From: a virus | Virus record (IMG/VR): IMGVR_UViG_3300025168_000056 | Coordinates: 13,850 to 77,849 of that record | DNA: 64,000 nucleotides | Direction: 5' to 3' (one strand) | In this document: piece by piece, positions 1-11,700 of the stretch | How positions within the stretch are numbered: the first letter of the stretch is position 1 | Layout: each line of letters begins with the position of its first letter | Program-made: the position numbers and the translations under genes | The notes under the pieces: generated by a model | The model's input: the letters and a program-made list of their open reading frames with translations, nothing else | Database searches by the model: none | Told to the model about the DNA's origin: nothing

Positions 1-2
1 TT

Positions 3-2510
3 AGCACAGTCGCCACTTCATCGATCGTCGGCGCGGCAGCAGAACACAAAACAGGCTCAATTTTAACTATTATTGATCACGCTGGTCTTTCAAAAACTTA
101 CACTTTCGTGTCAGGCTCCCCCGGCGCTGCCCGTTCTGTTGGAACGGTCACCGCTCCAGCAACAACTGCAACTGGACCAAAACTAAGTTCAACCGGCTCG
201 GCTAATGCCCTTGCACAAGCTTTAAAAACTGCTGTTGAGGGCTCGACTGGTCACAATGGAACAATTAAAGCCATAGTAGAAGCTGGAACTTTGCGCTTGA
301 TGCAAAACAAAGGCACATCCGCCGGAAACACCACTATAACTGAAGGTGGATCTAGCTTGGGTGTACACGATTCAGTTGGTACAGTGGTTAGCTTTACCGG
401 TGGAACAGGAGTCCCGCTTGTCGGTGGTGGCACCAATGTAATTGGTGCAGCATCTTATGGTGTTCTACTTCCAATTGCAAATACAGCGGCCACTGGTCCA
501 CACAACATGGAAGGTGTCTCGCCGCGCCCAGAGGCGAAAGCCGGCTGGTTTATCGGACAGCATGAAGGCGCACCCGGAGACTACTACCCTCCAGCGTCAC
601 AGAAGCTCTTCAGATTGAAAGGTCGAGGACACGGCGAGTGGCTTCAGAGAAACGTTAAAGTTTCTATTGAAAAGATCCGTCAGTCTAATACAAAGACGAA
701 TCCTTATGGAACGTTCTCAGTTGTCCTTCGCTCTCTGAAAGACACTGATTCTAAAGTTCAGGTGCTTGAGCGATTTGATAACCTTAATTTAAACCCATCC
801 TCACCGGATTACATTGCTCGCAAAATCGGTGACAAATATGCTGAGTGGGATTCAACTACTAGACGCCTTAAAACATATGGAGAATATGACAACTTGTCTA
901 AGTTTGTCTATGTCGAGATGAACGATGCGGTTGACGGCGGAGCAAGCGGACTTGAAGCGCTGCTTCCATTCGGTTACTTCGGACCCCCTAAGTTTAAGGA
1001 CACTACGTGGACCGGTCTTCCGGCTACCAATACGTTTATTACAGGCGCAAGCGGAAAGATTAATGGTGTATATGGATTGGGCACAAAAAACCTGACTGGC
1101 TCTGGTGTTATTCCAGGCGACCTAGATGATTATACCTTCATTCAGGGTCATTTCAAATTCCCGGTAAACAGACTGCGTCTCTCCGCATCTGATGGCGGTC
1201 TAGCAGATCAAACAAATGCGTACTTTGGATTCTCGACCACAAGAACAAGTGATTCAACAATTCCTGACGCTAGCGTTGCTGGCTTCCATAGAATGTTGTA
1301 CGCAGCCGCTTCTGACAATCCAGTTGGAGGGGCTACCGGTCTTGACGGGTTCTCTTACGTCTTCTCGCTTGACGACGTTCGACTCTCTAGCACCAGCACA
1401 ATGTACTACAACTCTGGCTCACGCAAGTCTGGACTCAGTGTAACAAGTGCGTCATACACTGACCTTCTTATCAAGGGATATGATAGATTCACTGCACCAT
1501 TCTGGGGCGGATTCGATGGATTTGATATTACAAAACCAGATCCAGTTTATAACGCAGGTATGACTGCTGGAACTAGTACAGAACTTAACAGTTACATCTA
1601 CAATACTTGGAAGCGCGCAATCGATACGGTTGCAGATCCTGAAGCAATAGACATGAATATGTTGACTGCTCCGGGCTTGACTTTCGATGGTCTGACCGGT
1701 CATATGATTAATGTTTGTGAGGAAAGAGCAGATGCACTAGCACTAATCGACCTTAAGAACGTCTACACACCAGCACACGAGTCTTACCAAAGCAGTAAGA
1801 AGGACCGAGTTGGTTCCGGCGCCCAAAGCGCAGCTAACAACTTGAAAGACAGACAACTTGATTCATCTTACGGTGCTACATTCTACCCATGGGTGCAGAC
1901 AAGAGATGAACAAACTGGTCGCATGCTTTGGATTCCACCATCTGTTGCGATGGCAGGTGTCCTTGGTAGCTCTCAGGCTAAGTCTGATGTGTGGTTCGCT
2001 CCTGCGGGATTCAACCGCGGCGGACTTTCCGATGGCGCGGCTGGCATCCCAGTTACTGGAATCACCGAGAGATTAACGTCTAAGGATCGCGATACTCTCT
2101 ATGAAGCTAGAATCAACCCAATCGCCTCGTTCCCATCAAGTGGTATCGTGGTGTTCGGACAGAAGACCCTCCAAGAGAGAGCCTCGGCCCTCGACAGAAT
2201 CAATGTCAGACGACTTGTCATCTACTTGAAGAAGCAGATTTCGGTCCTGTCAACTCAAGTTCTCTTCGAACAGAATGTTCAAGCGACTTGGAACCGATTC
2301 AAGGCACTTATCGAACCATTCCTCGCGAATGTTAAGGTTCAGTTTGGTATCACTGATTACAAGCTGATTCTCGATGAGAGCACAACAACTCCAGACCTAA
2401 TCGATCAAAACATCATGTATGCTAAGATCATGATTAAGCCTGCCCGTGCTATTGAGTACATTGCCATCGACTTTGTGATTGCATCAACTGGTGCATCGTT
2501 CGATGACTAA
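3..2510 (+). CDS. Contractile tail sheath protein (5'-partial; frame is open to the window edge)
   Basis: C-terminal sheath motifs WFAPAGFNRG, LYEARINPI, VFGQKTLQ, RINVRRL, IKPARAIEYIAIDF; no stop in frame from position 3. Confidence 0.95.
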   Translation, partial: STVATSSIVGAAAEHKTGSILTIIDHAGLSKTYTFVSGSPGAARSVGTVTAPATTATGPKLSSTGSANALAQALKTAVEGSTGHNGTIKAIVEAGTLRLMQNKGTSAGNTTITEGGSSLGVHDSVGTVVSFTGGTGVPLVGGGTNVIGAASYGVLLPIANTAATGPHNMEGVSPRPEAKAGWFIGQHEGAPGDYYPPASQKLFRLKGRGHGEWLQRNVKVSIEKIRQSNTKTNPYGTFSVVLRSLKDTDSKVQVLERFDNLNLNPSSPDYIARKIGDKYAEWDSTTRRLKTYGEYDNLSKFVYVEMNDAVDGGASGLEALLPFGYFGPPKFKDTTWTGLPATNTFITGASGKINGVYGLGTKNLTGSGVIPGDLDDYTFIQGHFKFPVNRLRLSASDGGLADQTNAYFGFSTTRTSDSTIPDASVAGFHRMLYAAASDNPVGGATGLDGFSYVFSLDDVRLSSTSTMYYNSGSRKSGLSVTSASYTDLLIKGYDRFTAPFWGGFDGFDITKPDPVYNAGMTAGTSTELNSYIYNTWKRAIDTVADPEAIDMNMLTAPGLTFDGLTGHMINVCEERADALALIDLKNVYTPAHESYQSSKKDRVGSGAQSAANNLKDRQLDSSYGATFYPWVQTRDEQTGRMLWIPPSVAMAGVLGSSQAKSDVWFAPAGFNRGGLSDGAAGIPVTGITERLTSKDRDTLYEARINPIASFPSSGIVVFGQKTLQERASALDRINVRRLVIYLKKQISVLSTQVLFEQNVQATWNRFKALIEPFLANVKVQFGITDYKLILDESTTTPDLIDQNIMYAKIMIKPARAIEYIAIDFVIASTGASFDD

Positions 2511-2517
2511 AACTAAA

Positions 2518-2537
2518 GTGGGGGAAAACTCCCCCAC
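2518..2537 (+). terminator. GC-rich hairpin after the sheath gene
   Basis: GTGGGGGA-AAAC-TCCCCCAC perfect 8-bp stem; no U-tract. Confidence 0.5.
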
Positions 2538-2540
2538 AAC

Positions 2541-2548
2541 ACTAATTA
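2541..2548 (+). promoter_or_regulatory. Putative late promoter ACTAATTA
   Basis: Same motif precedes the tape measure gene and several putative head-internal protein genes. Confidence 0.6.
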
Positions 2549-2577
2549 AAATAGAATATCAACAGGAGTAATTAGCT

Positions 2578-3165
2578 ATGCCATTCTGGTCAACAAACTT
2601 CGGTGAGGACAAGAACCTCAACGATCCAAAGAGAAAATTTAGATTTACAGTAGAGTTTCAAGGTGTTGCCGCGTCCATTGGTGGCGCTGTGATGTGGTAT
2701 GCTAAGACAGTCAGCAAACCGTCATTCGCAATTGCCGCCGCAGAGCACAAATACCTAAATCACACATTCTATTACCCCGGTTCTGTTACTTGGAATGATG
2801 TTGCTATCACACTCGTTGATCCTGTTGATCCAGATATGACTGCAACTCTTTCTGACATTGTGGTACAATCAGGATATGCTCCCCCCGCTGATACTAACGC
2901 TCTCTCATCGATGTCTAAGGCTAAGGCTGCAGGCGCCCTCGGAACAGTCATCATTACTCAGATTGATTCTAATGGAAAGCCCCTTGAGACTTGGACTCTT
3001 TGGAACTCGTTTATGACTGAAGTTAAGTACGGTGACCTTGAATACGGTGGCGATGATCTTACAGAATTATCTGTCACTCTTAAGTATGACTGGGCAAGAG
3101 TCGAGACTGCTGGACCTTCGGTTGCAGTGGCCGGTTCTGGTGGCAGCGAATTCTTCAAAGTTTAA
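2578..3165 (+). CDS. Tail tube protein (T4 gp19-like)
   Basis: PKRKFRF, YYPGSVTWNDVAITLVDP, YGDLEY, VTLKYDWA; follows the sheath gene. Confidence 0.9.
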   Translation: MPFWSTNFGEDKNLNDPKRKFRFTVEFQGVAASIGGAVMWYAKTVSKPSFAIAAAEHKYLNHTFYYPGSVTWNDVAITLVDPVDPDMTATLSDIVVQSGYAPPADTNALSSMSKAKAAGALGTVIITQIDSNGKPLETWTLWNSFMTEVKYGDLEYGGDDLTELSVTLKYDWARVETAGPSVAVAGSGGSEFFKV

Positions 3166-3191
3166 TAACGACAACCAAATAGAGGTGTATA

Positions 3192-4058
3192 TTGTCAAGA
3201 AATAAAGATCGGATGGGGCTGGGTGATACTACTCCTGAACCAGCACCGCTCCCTCCGCAAGCAATGACGCAAAATCAGGGCGATAATCCGTTCTCTTTTG
3301 TAGTCCCTACAGAGTTCGTAGAACTTCCGTCCAAGGGCGCGTTCTATGGACCGAACCATCCTTTGCACGATCAGGAAACAATTGAAGTCAAGCAGATGAC
3401 CGCTAAAGAGGAAGATATCCTTACTTCGAGGGCTCTCTTGAAAAAGGGAATTGCCTTGGAGAGAGTAATCTCTAGCATCATTGTTGACAAGAATGTAGAC
3501 CCAAACACTTTGTTGGTTGGAGATAGAAATGCTATTCTAATATCAGCACGCGTTTCGGGATATGGAAATGAGTACAACACAAAGATTGCTTGTCCGTCAT
3601 GTTCGGAAACGCAAGAATATTCGTTCGATCTAAACGACACTTTTGTTTATAGCGGACAAGACTTAAAGAGTACTGACGCAACACGCAACGAAGATGGTAC
3701 ATTTACAACCATGTTACCTAAATCTAAAGTAGAAGTTGGCTTCCGTCTCTTAAACGGCGCCGACGAGCGCGCTTTACTGCAGCAGGTCGAGAACGCTAGA
3801 AAGAAACGGAGAGATGAGAACGCAGTCACAAGACAGCTTAAACAAATTGTAACTTCGGTTAACGGTAATACCGAACAGCCTAATATAAATTATGTTGTCG
3901 ACAATATGCCGTCCATGGATGCTAGACATCTTAGAATGGTCTATAAAATAGCAACCCCAAATGTCGATATGACTCAAACATTCGCGTGTGCAGAGTGTGA
4001 TTATGAGCAGGACATGGAGGTGCCGCTGACTGCGGACTTTTTTTGGCCTGACCGATGA
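3192..4058 (+). CDS. Tail/baseplate assembly chaperone (T4 gp26-like)
   Basis: VELPSKG, MTAKEEDIL, GDRNAILISAR..GYG, two CxxC motifs, ends DFFWP; TTG start with SD. Confidence 0.8.
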   Translation: MSRNKDRMGLGDTTPEPAPLPPQAMTQNQGDNPFSFVVPTEFVELPSKGAFYGPNHPLHDQETIEVKQMTAKEEDILTSRALLKKGIALERVISSIIVDKNVDPNTLLVGDRNAILISARVSGYGNEYNTKIACPSCSETQEYSFDLNDTFVYSGQDLKSTDATRNEDGTFTTMLPKSKVEVGFRLLNGADERALLQQVENARKKRRDENAVTRQLKQIVTSVNGNTEQPNINYVVDNMPSMDARHLRMVYKIATPNVDMTQTFACAECDYEQDMEVPLTADFFWPDR

Positions 4059-4062
4059 GTAT

Positions 4063-4296
4063 ATGCAAAACATATATGAGCAGTTTTTCTTTCTAAAATA
4101 TAACGGAGGCTGGTCGTTCACGGAAGCGTACAACCTCCCAATCGGACTACGAGAGTGGTTCGTTAAAAGATTAATTCAGCAATTAGAAACAGAAAAAGAA
4201 ATAATGGAGAGGGCGAATAAGGGCGGAGGCTCAAATTCGCAAACGTTATCAAAGCATAACCAACCACCTCCTCCAAGTAGTTTAAAGACAGGCTAA
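4063..4296 (+). CDS. Small tail assembly protein; probable frameshift extension of the upstream chaperone
   Basis: GGWSFTEAYNLPIGLREWF motif; lies between chaperone and tape measure gene; T7 run at 4038-4044. Confidence 0.7.
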   Translation: MQNIYEQFFFLKYNGGWSFTEAYNLPIGLREWFVKRLIQQLETEKEIMERANKGGGSNSQTLSKHNQPPPPSSLKTG

Positions 4297-4310
4297 CCCC
4301 TGTCTTTTTG
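4284..4310 (+). terminator. Intrinsic terminator
   Basis: AAAGACAGG-CTAACC-CCTGTCTTT followed by a T run. Confidence 0.75.
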
Positions 4311-4318
4311 CTTTTATA

Positions 4319-4326
4319 ACTAATTA
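4319..4326 (+). promoter_or_regulatory. Putative late promoter ACTAATTA
   Basis: Directly after the terminator and upstream of the tape measure gene. Confidence 0.6.
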
Positions 4327-4355
4327 TTTAAGCAGAGTTATAAGAGGGAACACAA

Positions 4356-7022
4356 ATGGCATTAACCCCAGAAGATCAGCAGCGACTAAATGAACTAACC
4401 GTTGAACATGTTGGTATGATGAAGGAGCGCGGTGAGCTAAACGAAGAAGAATTAGCTTACCTAGACAAAAAGTTTAAGCGAGTAACAGAAACGAATGCCG
4501 CAATGCAAGCGCGTCTTGAAATGCTCAACAAGAGCATCGACCAAGAAGAGACTCTGTACACTTATCAAATTCGCAGCAGAGAAGCTGCAAAACTTAGATT
4601 AGATCTGGCAGCACAAGAGCTGCAGGATTTAGACAAAAAAATCAAAGCTGGTGAAAAACTCGATGTAGCTGACCAAAAAAGATATGAGGTTTTAGCAGAA
4701 GGCTTAGAGAAACAAAGAGCAGCAATGAAAGCCAACGATGCTGCAATAAGAGGCACCGGCAACTTGATGGAAGACAAGGTTGGTGGCGCGGTTCTACGCG
4801 TCGCTGATATGCTGGAACGAGATCTTGGCTCACAATTATCTGCAATGAACAACGCTGTCAGCGGCTTAGCAGATAAAGGCTTCGGTAAACTTTTTAGTAT
4901 TTTAAAATCCACCGTATTCCAAATGGACCAACTGATTGCAGATTTCGAACGCAACTATCAAATGGGTCCAGCATACACAGAGTCAATCACGAACCAGTGG
5001 AAAGAAATGAACCAATATGGTGTCAGCATGGAAGATGCTCGCGACGCCCAGGTTGCTCTTATAACCGGAATGACCGATTTCACCATGTTAGGTCAAGCGC
5101 AAAGAGATTCAATTACACAAGCTAGCGCTTTACTCGGTGAGCAAGGCATTGCACAGGCAGATTTTGCGAAAGGCATGCAGAACTCAACAAAGTTTTTTGG
5201 ACAGTCTGCATCGGCTGCTATAGTCACGCAACAGGAACTTGCGTCGGCAGCACGTGCTCTTGGTCGTGTGCCTGCTGAGTTTGCCGCTGAGTTTGCTGCG
5301 GCCGGACCACAATTAGCCAAATTTGGTGAGCAGGGTATTAAAGCTTTCAAAGATCTTGGTAGAATATCTAAGATTACTGGTATGGAGATGGACAAAGTTC
5401 TATCTCTAACAAACAGATTTGATACATTCGAAGGCGCCGCCGAACAAGCTGGTAAATTAAATGCAGCAATGGGTGGCAACATGGTTAATGCCATGGATAT
5501 GATGATGGAGACAGATCCGGCAGCAAGATTCGAAACTTTAAGAGAATCTATAATGAACACTGTCGGTAGCTTTGACGACATGTCATACTATCAGAAGCAG
5601 TTTTATACAGAGTCACTTGGTCTTGGTGATGTAAGTGACCTTGCCTTGATGATGGCTGGAGATATGGACTCACTATCAGGCGCCCAAAACCAGAATGCCG
5701 AATCGCTTATTGAACAACGTAAGCGCGCCGAAGATGTCCAAAGCGCACAAGAGCAGCTTGCGATTGTTGGACAAGAATTAATAGAAGATTTTGTGCAACC
5801 AATGATGACCGGTATGCGAACGATAACACAACTCATGCTTGATTATAGTGGTGTGCTTAAGACTGTAATGGGAATCATGGCGGTTTATAAAGCCTTAACG
5901 ATTGCTTTGGCTGTTGCCAAATCCATCGAGACCGCTGCTACCATGGCCGGAGTTGGCGCCGAAAGAGCAGCGAGTCTGGGGAAAAAAGGAGCGATCGTAA
6001 CACTAATCGCAGCAGCACTCGCTATTGCGATGATCGCGCGCGCATTAATGATATCCTCCCCATCTAAAGTTGTATTAGCTTTATTTGGAATGGGAGCAGC
6101 ACTATACGCAATTGGCAAAGTTGGTGAGAAAGCCGGCGCAGGGCTAGCTGCGGTCGCCACCACGATGGTCCCTCTTGGTATTGGTACGTTTTTGGTTGGT
6201 GCCGGATTAGCACTCATGGCAGCAGGGTTTAGTTTGCTTTCTGTTGAACAAATGCTGGCAATGTCTGTAGCCTTAATAGCCTTGGGCGGTGCTTTATACT
6301 TTGGCGCACCAGCGTTAACCGCATTCTCCTTAGCGATGGTTGGAGTTGGAATAGCGTTGGCAAACCCGGTAGTTGCCGTTGGGCTTGGGGTCTTTGCGTT
6401 GTTTGTTGCCGCAGTTGCTGGGTCTATATTTCTCGTTGCCAGCGGCATTGGATTAATGGGTCAAGGATTAGGGGTAATGTTTGAAGCAATGGACATTAAA
6501 AAGACGCTAGCGTTTATTGGATTAGTCGGAGCATTGGCACTCGCAGGACCGTTCTTAATGATGGCTGGTGTAGGTTTTGGCGCTGTTGGTCTTGGGATGC
6601 TTGCTTTCGGACTTGCCTTGAAGATGATTTCAACAAGAGACTTGGAAGCCATGGCTTCGTTTGCAACTGGTATGGCAGAAATGAATGTTACCAGTATTAG
6701 CCGACTTGTAGACTTGCTGCGTAACGTAGCAGAAGCAATGGATGACATCCCAACTGCGAAAGCGATCATGCTGACCGCTACTTTAGACGCTGCAGCAATC
6801 GCTGCCAAAGCCGCTACAGCGGTCGGCGTGAGAGGTGTGGTTGATGCATCCTCTACAACAAATACAACAAAATCATCCAACAATCAGAGCAGTCGACCAA
6901 TTAATGTTCATGTTACTTTGGAATTAGATGGTGATGTTTTGGATAAAAGAATAGTTAAGACTAGCACAGATGCTAAGTCATCCGGTGGATTAATGGATGC
7001 CGTAGCTAGTATTTTAAATTAA
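4356..7022 (+). CDS. Tape measure protein
   Basis: Long Ala-rich helical protein with hydrophobic C-terminal half; position after tube and chaperone genes. Confidence 0.85.
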   Translation: MALTPEDQQRLNELTVEHVGMMKERGELNEEELAYLDKKFKRVTETNAAMQARLEMLNKSIDQEETLYTYQIRSREAAKLRLDLAAQELQDLDKKIKAGEKLDVADQKRYEVLAEGLEKQRAAMKANDAAIRGTGNLMEDKVGGAVLRVADMLERDLGSQLSAMNNAVSGLADKGFGKLFSILKSTVFQMDQLIADFERNYQMGPAYTESITNQWKEMNQYGVSMEDARDAQVALITGMTDFTMLGQAQRDSITQASALLGEQGIAQADFAKGMQNSTKFFGQSASAAIVTQQELASAARALGRVPAEFAAEFAAAGPQLAKFGEQGIKAFKDLGRISKITGMEMDKVLSLTNRFDTFEGAAEQAGKLNAAMGGNMVNAMDMMMETDPAARFETLRESIMNTVGSFDDMSYYQKQFYTESLGLGDVSDLALMMAGDMDSLSGAQNQNAESLIEQRKRAEDVQSAQEQLAIVGQELIEDFVQPMMTGMRTITQLMLDYSGVLKTVMGIMAVYKALTIALAVAKSIETAATMAGVGAERAASLGKKGAIVTLIAAALAIAMIARALMISSPSKVVLALFGMGAALYAIGKVGEKAGAGLAAVATTMVPLGIGTFLVGAGLALMAAGFSLLSVEQMLAMSVALIALGGALYFGAPALTAFSLAMVGVGIALANPVVAVGLGVFALFVAAVAGSIFLVASGIGLMGQGLGVMFEAMDIKKTLAFIGLVGALALAGPFLMMAGVGFGAVGLGMLAFGLALKMISTRDLEAMASFATGMAEMNVTSISRLVDLLRNVAEAMDDIPTAKAIMLTATLDAAAIAAKAATAVGVRGVVDASSTTNTTKSSNNQSSRPINVHVTLELDGDVLDKRIVKTSTDAKSSGGLMDAVASILN

Positions 7023-7046
7023 TCTACGGTAAAGGAGTACATATAA

Positions 7047-8417
7047 ATGGGTAAAAACGACTGGAAAAATCAAGAAAGACCCGTATTTGATTCACAAAAA
7101 TTTGGTATTGTTGTGAACGATCCGGCAAACCCAGGCGCAAGAACAATTGCTGAGCCCCACATGGCTAACAACAATGCATCTGTAGCACGTACTGCTGCCG
7201 GCGGAATGGCATCCGGACACATGCCTCACTTTATAGATGGCTCGGACGCTATGGCAAACAAGGGTATGACTGTATCTTTTCAGCATGTCCCTTCCGAAGA
7301 AGACGTTACCTTTAAAGCTTTCATAACCGCGTTTAATGAAACTTATAACTGCGATTGGGCATCCGAAACTGTTTACGGTCGTTCTGATCCGATTCACATG
7401 TTCAAGAATACACAGAGAGAAATTACCCTGGCATTCAAGGTGCCAGCCGCCTCTGAGGGAGAATCTTTCGAAAACCTAGCGAGAGTTCAAAGGTTGATAA
7501 CCTTCCTATACCCCACATATGCTACCGATGGCACCACCAGTACCGCAGGGAATCAAGCTGATGTCACGAATGCGCTAACAATCTCCAACTCCCCTCTTGT
7601 TAGATTAAGAATCATGAACATATTAGCAGCACGACCACAGATTGGTGATGCAGACGGCTCAATTGGCGGTGGGGACGGAGGTAGAGCCAGCGAAGCTGCA
7701 GTATATAGTACTTTGGGAACATTTGAAAGACATGTGCAAGACGGCGGCGGCGGAGAGTGGCCAAGCACTTCCGTAGGTAGCAACACCGTTGCTGGAAACT
7801 ATCACGGAGGACTTCTCGGAATCATCAAAAATGTGTCGGTTAACCACAATCTAGATAACCCAGATCACGGCGTATTCGAAATCAACCAAGGCACTATTTT
7901 ACCTAAAATGATTGAAGTTAACTTGACTTTTTCTGCAATCCACGAACACACGCTTGGGTGGTTTCCCGATGGCGCCGGTTCACAGACGTTTGCCAATCAG
8001 CTATGGCCATATGGCGTCAACGATACCTCCCGATTTGGGGACGATGGGTTCGACCGTACGACTGGAGCCCCAGATCCATCAGTTCTGGCACGTCAAAACG
8101 AACTGTCATACGATCGTTTAACCGGCTCTCTGGACCAGATGGCTGAAGAAGTGGAACAACATGATCAGGATATTGCCAACGCCAACGCACGCTATGCTGG
8201 AATGTTTGGCAAAGCGCGCTTTAATAAGGATATTCGAAGAGGCAGATATGAAGACAATGATTACATCAGATCAGCGGTCCGCGGTCGCGCTACACAAGAT
8301 CTTACTCGTACCACTAACGAAGCTCTAAGATCGGCTGGGCAAAGACCCGATAATTCCACACTCAACACATATCGAGATTCGGGCATGGAAGACAACTTCG
8401 AAGATTTTATCAGTTAG
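7047..8417 (+). CDS. Baseplate tube-initiator-like protein
   Basis: FKAFITAFNETY..W....YGRSDPI..FKNTQREITLAF and LPKMIEVNLTF motifs; position after tape measure. Confidence 0.7.
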   Translation: MGKNDWKNQERPVFDSQKFGIVVNDPANPGARTIAEPHMANNNASVARTAAGGMASGHMPHFIDGSDAMANKGMTVSFQHVPSEEDVTFKAFITAFNETYNCDWASETVYGRSDPIHMFKNTQREITLAFKVPAASEGESFENLARVQRLITFLYPTYATDGTTSTAGNQADVTNALTISNSPLVRLRIMNILAARPQIGDADGSIGGGDGGRASEAAVYSTLGTFERHVQDGGGGEWPSTSVGSNTVAGNYHGGLLGIIKNVSVNHNLDNPDHGVFEINQGTILPKMIEVNLTFSAIHEHTLGWFPDGAGSQTFANQLWPYGVNDTSRFGDDGFDRTTGAPDPSVLARQNELSYDRLTGSLDQMAEEVEQHDQDIANANARYAGMFGKARFNKDIRRGRYEDNDYIRSAVRGRATQDLTRTTNEALRSAGQRPDNSTLNTYRDSGMEDNFEDFIS

Positions 8418-8426
8418 GAAAAAAAG

Positions 8427-8765
8427 ATGCCAAGATACAAATCAACAAAAATATTAAATAACAATTCTGAATTCTATAAGTTCTTGCGAAAGAAGCGCGG
8501 TATTAAAAACCTACGCCACTACGCTACACCTATGGTTTATAACCCATCGACCGCGGATCGAGTTTCGACACCCACAGTATCTCACGTGTGGAAGTACGGA
8601 GATCGATATTACAAGTTAGCTGCCCAATACTATGGTACAGCAAAATATTGGTGGATCATAGCATGGTGGAACGGGCGCCCAACAGAGGCTGACGTGCAAA
8701 ACGGTACCGTACTGCAGATCCCAACAAATCTTCAAGAAGCTTTAACTATCCTGGGGTCGTACTAA
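8427..8765 (+). CDS. LysM-like baseplate wedge protein (gp53/tail X-like)
   Basis: GDRYYKLAAQYYG...WWIIAWWN...GTVLQIP. Confidence 0.85.
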   Translation: MPRYKSTKILNNNSEFYKFLRKKRGIKNLRHYATPMVYNPSTADRVSTPTVSHVWKYGDRYYKLAAQYYGTAKYWWIIAWWNGRPTEADVQNGTVLQIPTNLQEALTILGSY

Positions 8766-11700
8766 TGGCGGGAGGAGGAGGAGATGCAGCATGGGGTACC
8801 GCTACTGGCGCGCAAGGGTCCAGTGCGGCTCCCTCCACCAGTGAACCCTGCGTTGACGGAGTAAACGGTACCGGTCCCGGGAAGAAGTGTGAGTCCACAA
8901 TCGACGCGGCTAAACGACAGATCAATGAAGCGGTCGCCGCATCGGTTCTGGAGCAAGCCCCGGCAGTTTTAGAGAGCGCACAATTTATTATAGATTCTTC
9001 ACAATTGTGTGTAGCTACTAGAAATTCTGTCTTAGAATCACTCACTTCAATCTTCGGAACTATAGATGTCAATCCATGGTTGGAACTTGGTAACCAACAG
9101 TATTTTGAAAAGCGCCGCGAAGATCAAAAAACAATGTACGACCACACGTACCGAGCACCCGAATCATGGCGCGTCGGTTCACCGATTGAGGGAGATAAAA
9201 CCTGGGGCAATTACGCACGGACCGCATATAAGGAAAGACTCAACACTGGAACGTTGACGTCATCACCGGTGAGTACCCACCTTTGGATGAATGAAATGTC
9301 TGAGATGGTCCTCTCTGCCCCTAACTATGGACCGTGGGATGTACGCGACGTGCTCCCGTACAGCTTTAAAAAATGGAGTTGGGTATCAGAATTAGATGAG
9401 ACGTTTTCGACTAAAGTCCCAGACTTCGGCGCATTTGATACAGCCGACCAAGCTTTATATGACAGTCGCTTTACAACGCCAAACGGAGAGGTCGACCCTT
9501 TTCACCACTGGCACATGCGCACCGACCTGAATGCGATTGAAGCGATTTCGTACACTCAGTATGGTGATACCCGAGATCAAGATAATGCCATGGCTGATCA
9601 GAATATCACTAGCGCTGTGCTGAAGTCGTGGCCATTCGGATGGCTTACGACCCTTGAAACAGCCATGGCAATGATCGGATATTATACGCAAGCATCAGAC
9701 CAGACTCTCTTGCAGAGTTCTGATTTACGATCCGGACCTGAATACCATCGGGAATATTCATTATTTACCGAGCGCGATATTCGACACTTATCGGGTGACG
9801 GTGATGCGCAGGTTGGCTGGAACTCGATTATGGATGCCAATCATTCTAATTTAAGAAGCTGGACAAAAGCAAACAGAAGACCTTATCTGCCACCATCGTC
9901 CGCCGGCGGTGGTGCACCCGTCGAGGGCATGAATACACCAGAAAATTTTGTTGTAAGATCGTTTTCAGAAGTTAACGCAGGAGGCAAAATGTGTGAAGAT
10001 GCAGAGCCATGGCAACCTAGTACGATGTATGTTGACTACTCGCGACGCTCAGCCCAGCTGTACGATATGCGACCATACACAATGTTGATGACCGGAGGTG
10101 TCTTGAATCAAGGACTCTGGAATTCGAAATGGACAGTATCTCCTGATTATAGCGACCGCACCTTCTTTAAACCGTGGACCTCTAGCGACGGCAGCTTCAT
10201 AGATAGAACAAAAGCAAAATTACAGGCAGATGCTGACCGCTTTGCTGCACTTGCGACAACAATCAGATCACTTCCCGAGGACCTCTCAAACTCTGACGAC
10301 ACTTTTCTTATGACCCAGAACCAGGCGACAGTTGCATCAGCAATGCTGGCGATGTTCAGCAAGCAATACGGACAGACGAGCTTGAGCAGCACCCTGAGTG
10401 AAACCACCCAAGACGAAGGTATAAGACAAATGACCTTCATAAAACAAAATGATGTTTATGGACAGCTTTCAAATCTTTTGAACTCAGTTGCTTCCTTCTT
10501 GGGCGGTACTCTCGATGAAATAAGCACACGGCATGACAAAATTCTCGATTCGCACCGGCGAACCATCATGGCGACATGTGATGCAATTAATGAGATTGCA
10601 GGCGCATTTAACGACGATGATGATTGGTACAATATCTTCGATGATTTTGATGATCACATGGAGGATGTAGTCCGGGGAGACATCGGCAACCCCTTCGACC
10701 AGCTAGGGGACATCCTTATCAGCACCGGTGCTACAAACGTGATGTTTAAAGAGCAGTGTTTTTTGTTAAGTTTCATCGCTGACTTTGCTGCGTCTAAAAG
10801 AGTGAATATGGATCGAGGCAACGAAGCAGCCCCTGCTACTAAAAGACTTCCGTATTATCAAAGCGTAGCGAACCGAAAAAGCCTTGACAACAATGCTACC
10901 ATACTAATGGATGGGGGTTCGTATGGGTTTTTAAATAAGTTAACTCAGAATCCAAAATTAACAAGATTCTACAACGCGTTAAATCACGAACTATCAAATT
11001 TACAACCAAAAATACGCTTATGGAAAGTGATATTTGACGAAGAAGGGAATGAGCAAGAGGTCGAAATTAAATTTGAGTCACACTTTAGTGCAGCAGATTT
11101 AGATATGTTTAAAAACTCTGTAGCCCGCGGCGTTGGAGCCGGATTAAAAAGCTTTAATTTCGTTTACGATGGTAGTAATCCATTTTCAGTTAAGAAAAGT
11201 ATAAAGGCTAATTTAAAAATCTTTGCTAACACGATGTCTGAAATTTTAAGAGATCGTCCAAGTCACTACGTAGATGACCAAGGCACTCTGCAGCCGACAA
11301 CCTACAGGTATAGCGATCTGGCGATGAAGACCTGGAATACGGCAGCAGAAAGTGCGGAAGATACCGAAGAGAGTGCGACACCGGCACCCTGCGGCGCGCC
11401 GACCTTTGATATTCTAAGTGAAAATACCGAAAAATCAGAATTAAATTTTAGACTGAAGGCAGAAGTAGGCTTTTCGCAGCCTATAAACGAAATGAGTTCG
11501 ATGCACGAAAAACTGAGAGAAGCGCTGTCTGAATCTTTTGTTACGTTAAACTTGACTCCCACAGTTCACAATTTTGAAATAGATGAAATGGGTAGAGTTA
11601 TATTCAACTTAAATTTTTTAGCTTACATCGAACAATTTTTTGATCAATCCATGTTCAATGTGTTTTCTTCATCCGACATAGAATTAAATCGTATTTTTCG

